From positions 3,038,001-3,102,000 of the forward strand of contig JAYWIR010000014.1 in NCBI GenBank assembly GCA_036172245.1: a stretch of 64,000 bases of DNA, in the 5' to 3' direction. This stretch comes from Raillietiella orientalis. Taxonomy: Eukaryota. The notes under the pieces were generated by a model. The model was not told where the DNA came from. It saw nothing but the letters and a program-made list of their open reading frames with translations, and did no database searches. Each line of letters opens with the position of its first letter. Position 1 is the first letter of the stretch. Of this stretch, positions 60,901 to 64,000 are shown piece after piece. Position numbers and translations under genes: made by a program.

Positions 60901-63900
60901 CCTGCAGACGATGCTATCGGCCGTAAGCGCAGCAGACCACCAGGCAGCGCTGCTGCCTTTGGTTCCTTCTGTGGGAGCAAGAGCGGGGCGCGGCTGCACC
61001 GTCTCTCAGCTTCCCCTGATCCGAACTGCATCCCAATCTCGCGGAATCTTCTCTTGGTCGACGTGAGTCCTCCCAGGGGGAAAATTTCGACGTAGAGAGA
61101 GGGAGGGGGGGGGGGAATGCTTGGGACGTTCGGGCAGGAAGGGGACGTGTTTCCGGATTCGCACTCCCGGTTCCCTCGAAGCGCAGTCCCTGGAAACGCT
61201 GCGCACTATGCTCCCGTCATCCCGGGGTACCCTCTCCTCTGTCCTCTCCCATCTCCCAGCTCTTTGAAAATGGCACCGAGGCGGCACGGGACCAGAGCTG
61301 CCCGCGGTGGTGTTGATTCCCGTCTTTCTCGGAAGTGAAATGCCGCTGCGCCCCGCAGCACTAGATCATCGCCAGGTCTCGAAGCGACCTCGTAGGACGC
61401 ACATCATTGCGCCCTCCGAGCTCGCGGGTCTGTCAGGGGTGATCCAGACCCATGCTTTCCCGCACGAACGCACCCACCTGGACTGCTGGATGGCTGTGGC
61501 TCCCAAGGAAGTCCGCGCATTCCTCAGCCACGTCGGACCACTTCTACTCAAGGGGGCGGACCACGACACCTCCCTCCTCTGTGGTAGCTGCAGCCGCCGC
61601 TGCCACCTCCGGCGCGCGCACCGCTGGAAGATGTCCTACCGCATGGTTTTCTCTGCAAGGAGAACGCCTCCCAGCCTTCCTGAGGGGGTACCGCCGCCGT
61701 TGGGAGTAGGTCGTAGTCGTCGGTGGACCTAAGGAGTTTCCCAGGCCAGGAGACGACGGCTGCCTCCGAAATGTCTCCCCTCCGCTGCGCATCTCCATCG
61801 GAAGCGCATCTCCTCTTGCTCCCCTTCTCGGGCCGACGCTCGCGCGCAGTGGCGCGGATGGCGCGGGTGGAGTGCGCGAGGAGGAGGCCGCTATCTCTCC
61901 GGCTCGCCCGCCCGCGAACGTTTCGCCGCCGCCGCTGCGGCACCCGACGGAAACGCCCGGTGAGGCGGCAGCTGCCCCGCGCGCGAAGCTCCCGGGCGCG
62001 GCATGTTTGCTAGGGCGAACTGACGGCGCACTTGGCTCGATCGCGGCGGCCATTTGTCGACTGCTGCGTTCGGTTAGCGAAGTGATCGTGAGAAATGGGT
62101 TTTGACGGGAATCGCTTCCCAAGTTTACAGGATGCAGGAGGCGTTAATGATTAGGGAAGACCGGGAACAATAAACAGCGAAAAACGGGGCAGGAGAAGAC
62201 GACGACGACGAAGAAGAAAAAAAACAGAAACAGGAGTACACGCGCGCACACACCAAAAAGTTCATCCAATAAAACACTCAAAGTTCTGTCGACAAGTCCA
62301 AACTTCGGGAAGTCTCAGGGATTAAACAAAGAACTTTTGGGAGAGAACAAGGGGAGGAGGGGAGGAGAAGTTCTGCGGTCCAAGCATGAAGAATGGAAAG
62401 TCTCTCGAAGATCCGTCAGAAACACGCACGCACGCACGCAAGCACGCACGCACACGGAACACGTGTTCTGGCCCGTCAGGAAGGGCTAAAATTCCGAAAA
62501 TCGAGTGCTCCTGCAGGGATGGGCGCTCCGAACGTGGGAAGGGATCTCAAGTAGACCTCGTGGAGCCGTGGGGGGGGGGGGGGGGGGAGGAAGGCCGCTT
62601 GCAACCCTCCCCTCCTCCTCCCTCTTCTCAGACAGGGGAACACACAGGGAATCTAATTCAAGCTGGAAATCAAAAACTTTATCTTCCAAGAGTAAATTGC
62701 TTTTCCTGGACAGAAGTAAACAAATGTAAGAGAGAAGGAGAGAGAGAGTGGGGGGGAGGAGGTGATTTTTTCCCTTCCTCCCCCCCCCACCCTTCTTTCC
62801 TCCCCCCCTCTGGACGCCTCTTGCAATCGAAGCAGCCCAAGAAACTGCCACTTCTAATTCCAGATGAACACGGGCGAAATAATGCGAGGGAGATCCTGCA
62901 GTCTTCCCCGGATAATTCGGGAAGATTATGGCGATTCCTGCTATCAGCACGGGAGGAAATGCATCTGGGCTAAGCCGCGTTCCTCCTCCTCCTCTCCTGG
63001 AATCGATACGCGCGGCATCGATCAGTGCCTCCGAGAAGACCGCAAATTGCTTACAGCAAATTGAATCGAAATCGCTGCACAGGGGCCGCCCGGTTCCCGG
63101 TCGTCAAGGTAGCGTCCGCTCGCAGCGGCGGCGTCCGGAGCGACGTTAGCTGCTCGCTCCGGAGGAAGAAGCTTCCGGACGACGGGCGGCGCTCTTGGAG
63201 AAGGAATTCCCGAGGGCATGTTTGGAGCCCGCTCATCCGGAGGAAATGTCGCCCCCGGCTCGACTGTGGATCCTCAGCAGGTCTCCCGGGAAACCCGGGA
63301 GCTGCGAGGGGTGGTGGTCCTCCCGCTGCTGCTCTAGCCTCGAGCCTCAAAGCGGACAAGGAAGGCCCTCTCTCTCCTGGCAGCCAGCGGGGGACGCTCG
63401 GGAGAGTTGGAAGTGACTTCAGAGGTCGAGGACGGCACCTGCACTCGCGACGACCCCTTTCGGAGAGAGAGAAGGGTGGAGCTCCACCCAATGGGATGTG
63501 CCACGACCCACGAAGACGAGGATAAATGAAGAGCATCAGTGGGGAAAATCCTGGGGCACGGCGGCACGACCGGCGTGGGCGATTCCTCGAGCGGATGAAC
63601 CACCGAAGGTATTGGAGCCTCCAGGCAGCGGGAAGGCTGGCCCGGCGGCGGCAGGGAGAGGGGGAGAGGGACAGAGAAACCTTGAGGGCACCCACCACCT
63701 GCTCGAGGAAGGAAGAGGAAATTTCTGGGATTCGACTGGAGTGCATCTTCGCAGAAAAGATCTCTCCAGGTTCACACTGGGATCCGGAAAGGGGATCTTT
63801 TCTGCGAGTACCTCACGTGGGATCGCGGATCTGATTCTCTGTTCCAGGGCGCGGCACGGCAGCACTCAGTCGGAGAGTTCCCGAAAGTCCTGTGTTCCAG

Positions 63901-64000
63901 AAGCTCTTTGGGAACGATTGAGCTGCCGAAGGGTCAGACGGGGGGCGGAAGAGCTCGAAGCGGGCACCTGCATTTTCAGCCAACGGGGTCGACGGGCGTC

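Noticed and set aside
34900..62400. Conserved microRNA hairpins (e.g. mir-10, iab-4, mir-993, let-7) in the non-TE islands
   Set aside because: No mature-sequence match was spotted by eye; a miRBase/Rfam search is needed to exclude them properly.
29400..64000. Hundreds of overlapping ORFs up to 449 aa on both strands
   Set aside because: R/G/P/A/S-rich stop-codon deserts expected in GC-rich DNA; no recognisable host domains, and the identifiable parts are frame-broken TE remnants.

Overview
Eukaryotic genomic DNA, most likely from an arthropod; the scabrous-like motifs tentatively suggest a chelicerate. No intact protein-coding gene could be supported. The window is a transposable-element graveyard dominated by about 20 decayed fragments of an L1/Tx1-clade non-LTR retrotransposon (ORF1 zinc knuckles, AP-endonuclease, RT, C-terminal CxxC-H-C domain, and a strongly conserved 3' terminal AATAAA plus hairpin). 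Also present are a 953-bp internally deleted piggyBac element with TIRs and TTAA duplications, two Ty3/Gypsy pol remnants, and an intronless scabrous-like fibrinogen-domain pseudogene. The most unusual feature is a long (~720-800 bp) tRNA-headed SINE-like family, with three clear copies and one diverged copy, whose body carries a periodic array of 40-48-nt double-hairpin units. Base composition switches from mostly AT-rich (1-28 kb) to very GC/CpG-rich (29-64 kb), and short AT-rich, homeodomain-motif-dense islands in the GC-rich half look like developmental enhancers. All alignments and translations were done by eye, so boundaries of decayed elements are approximate.
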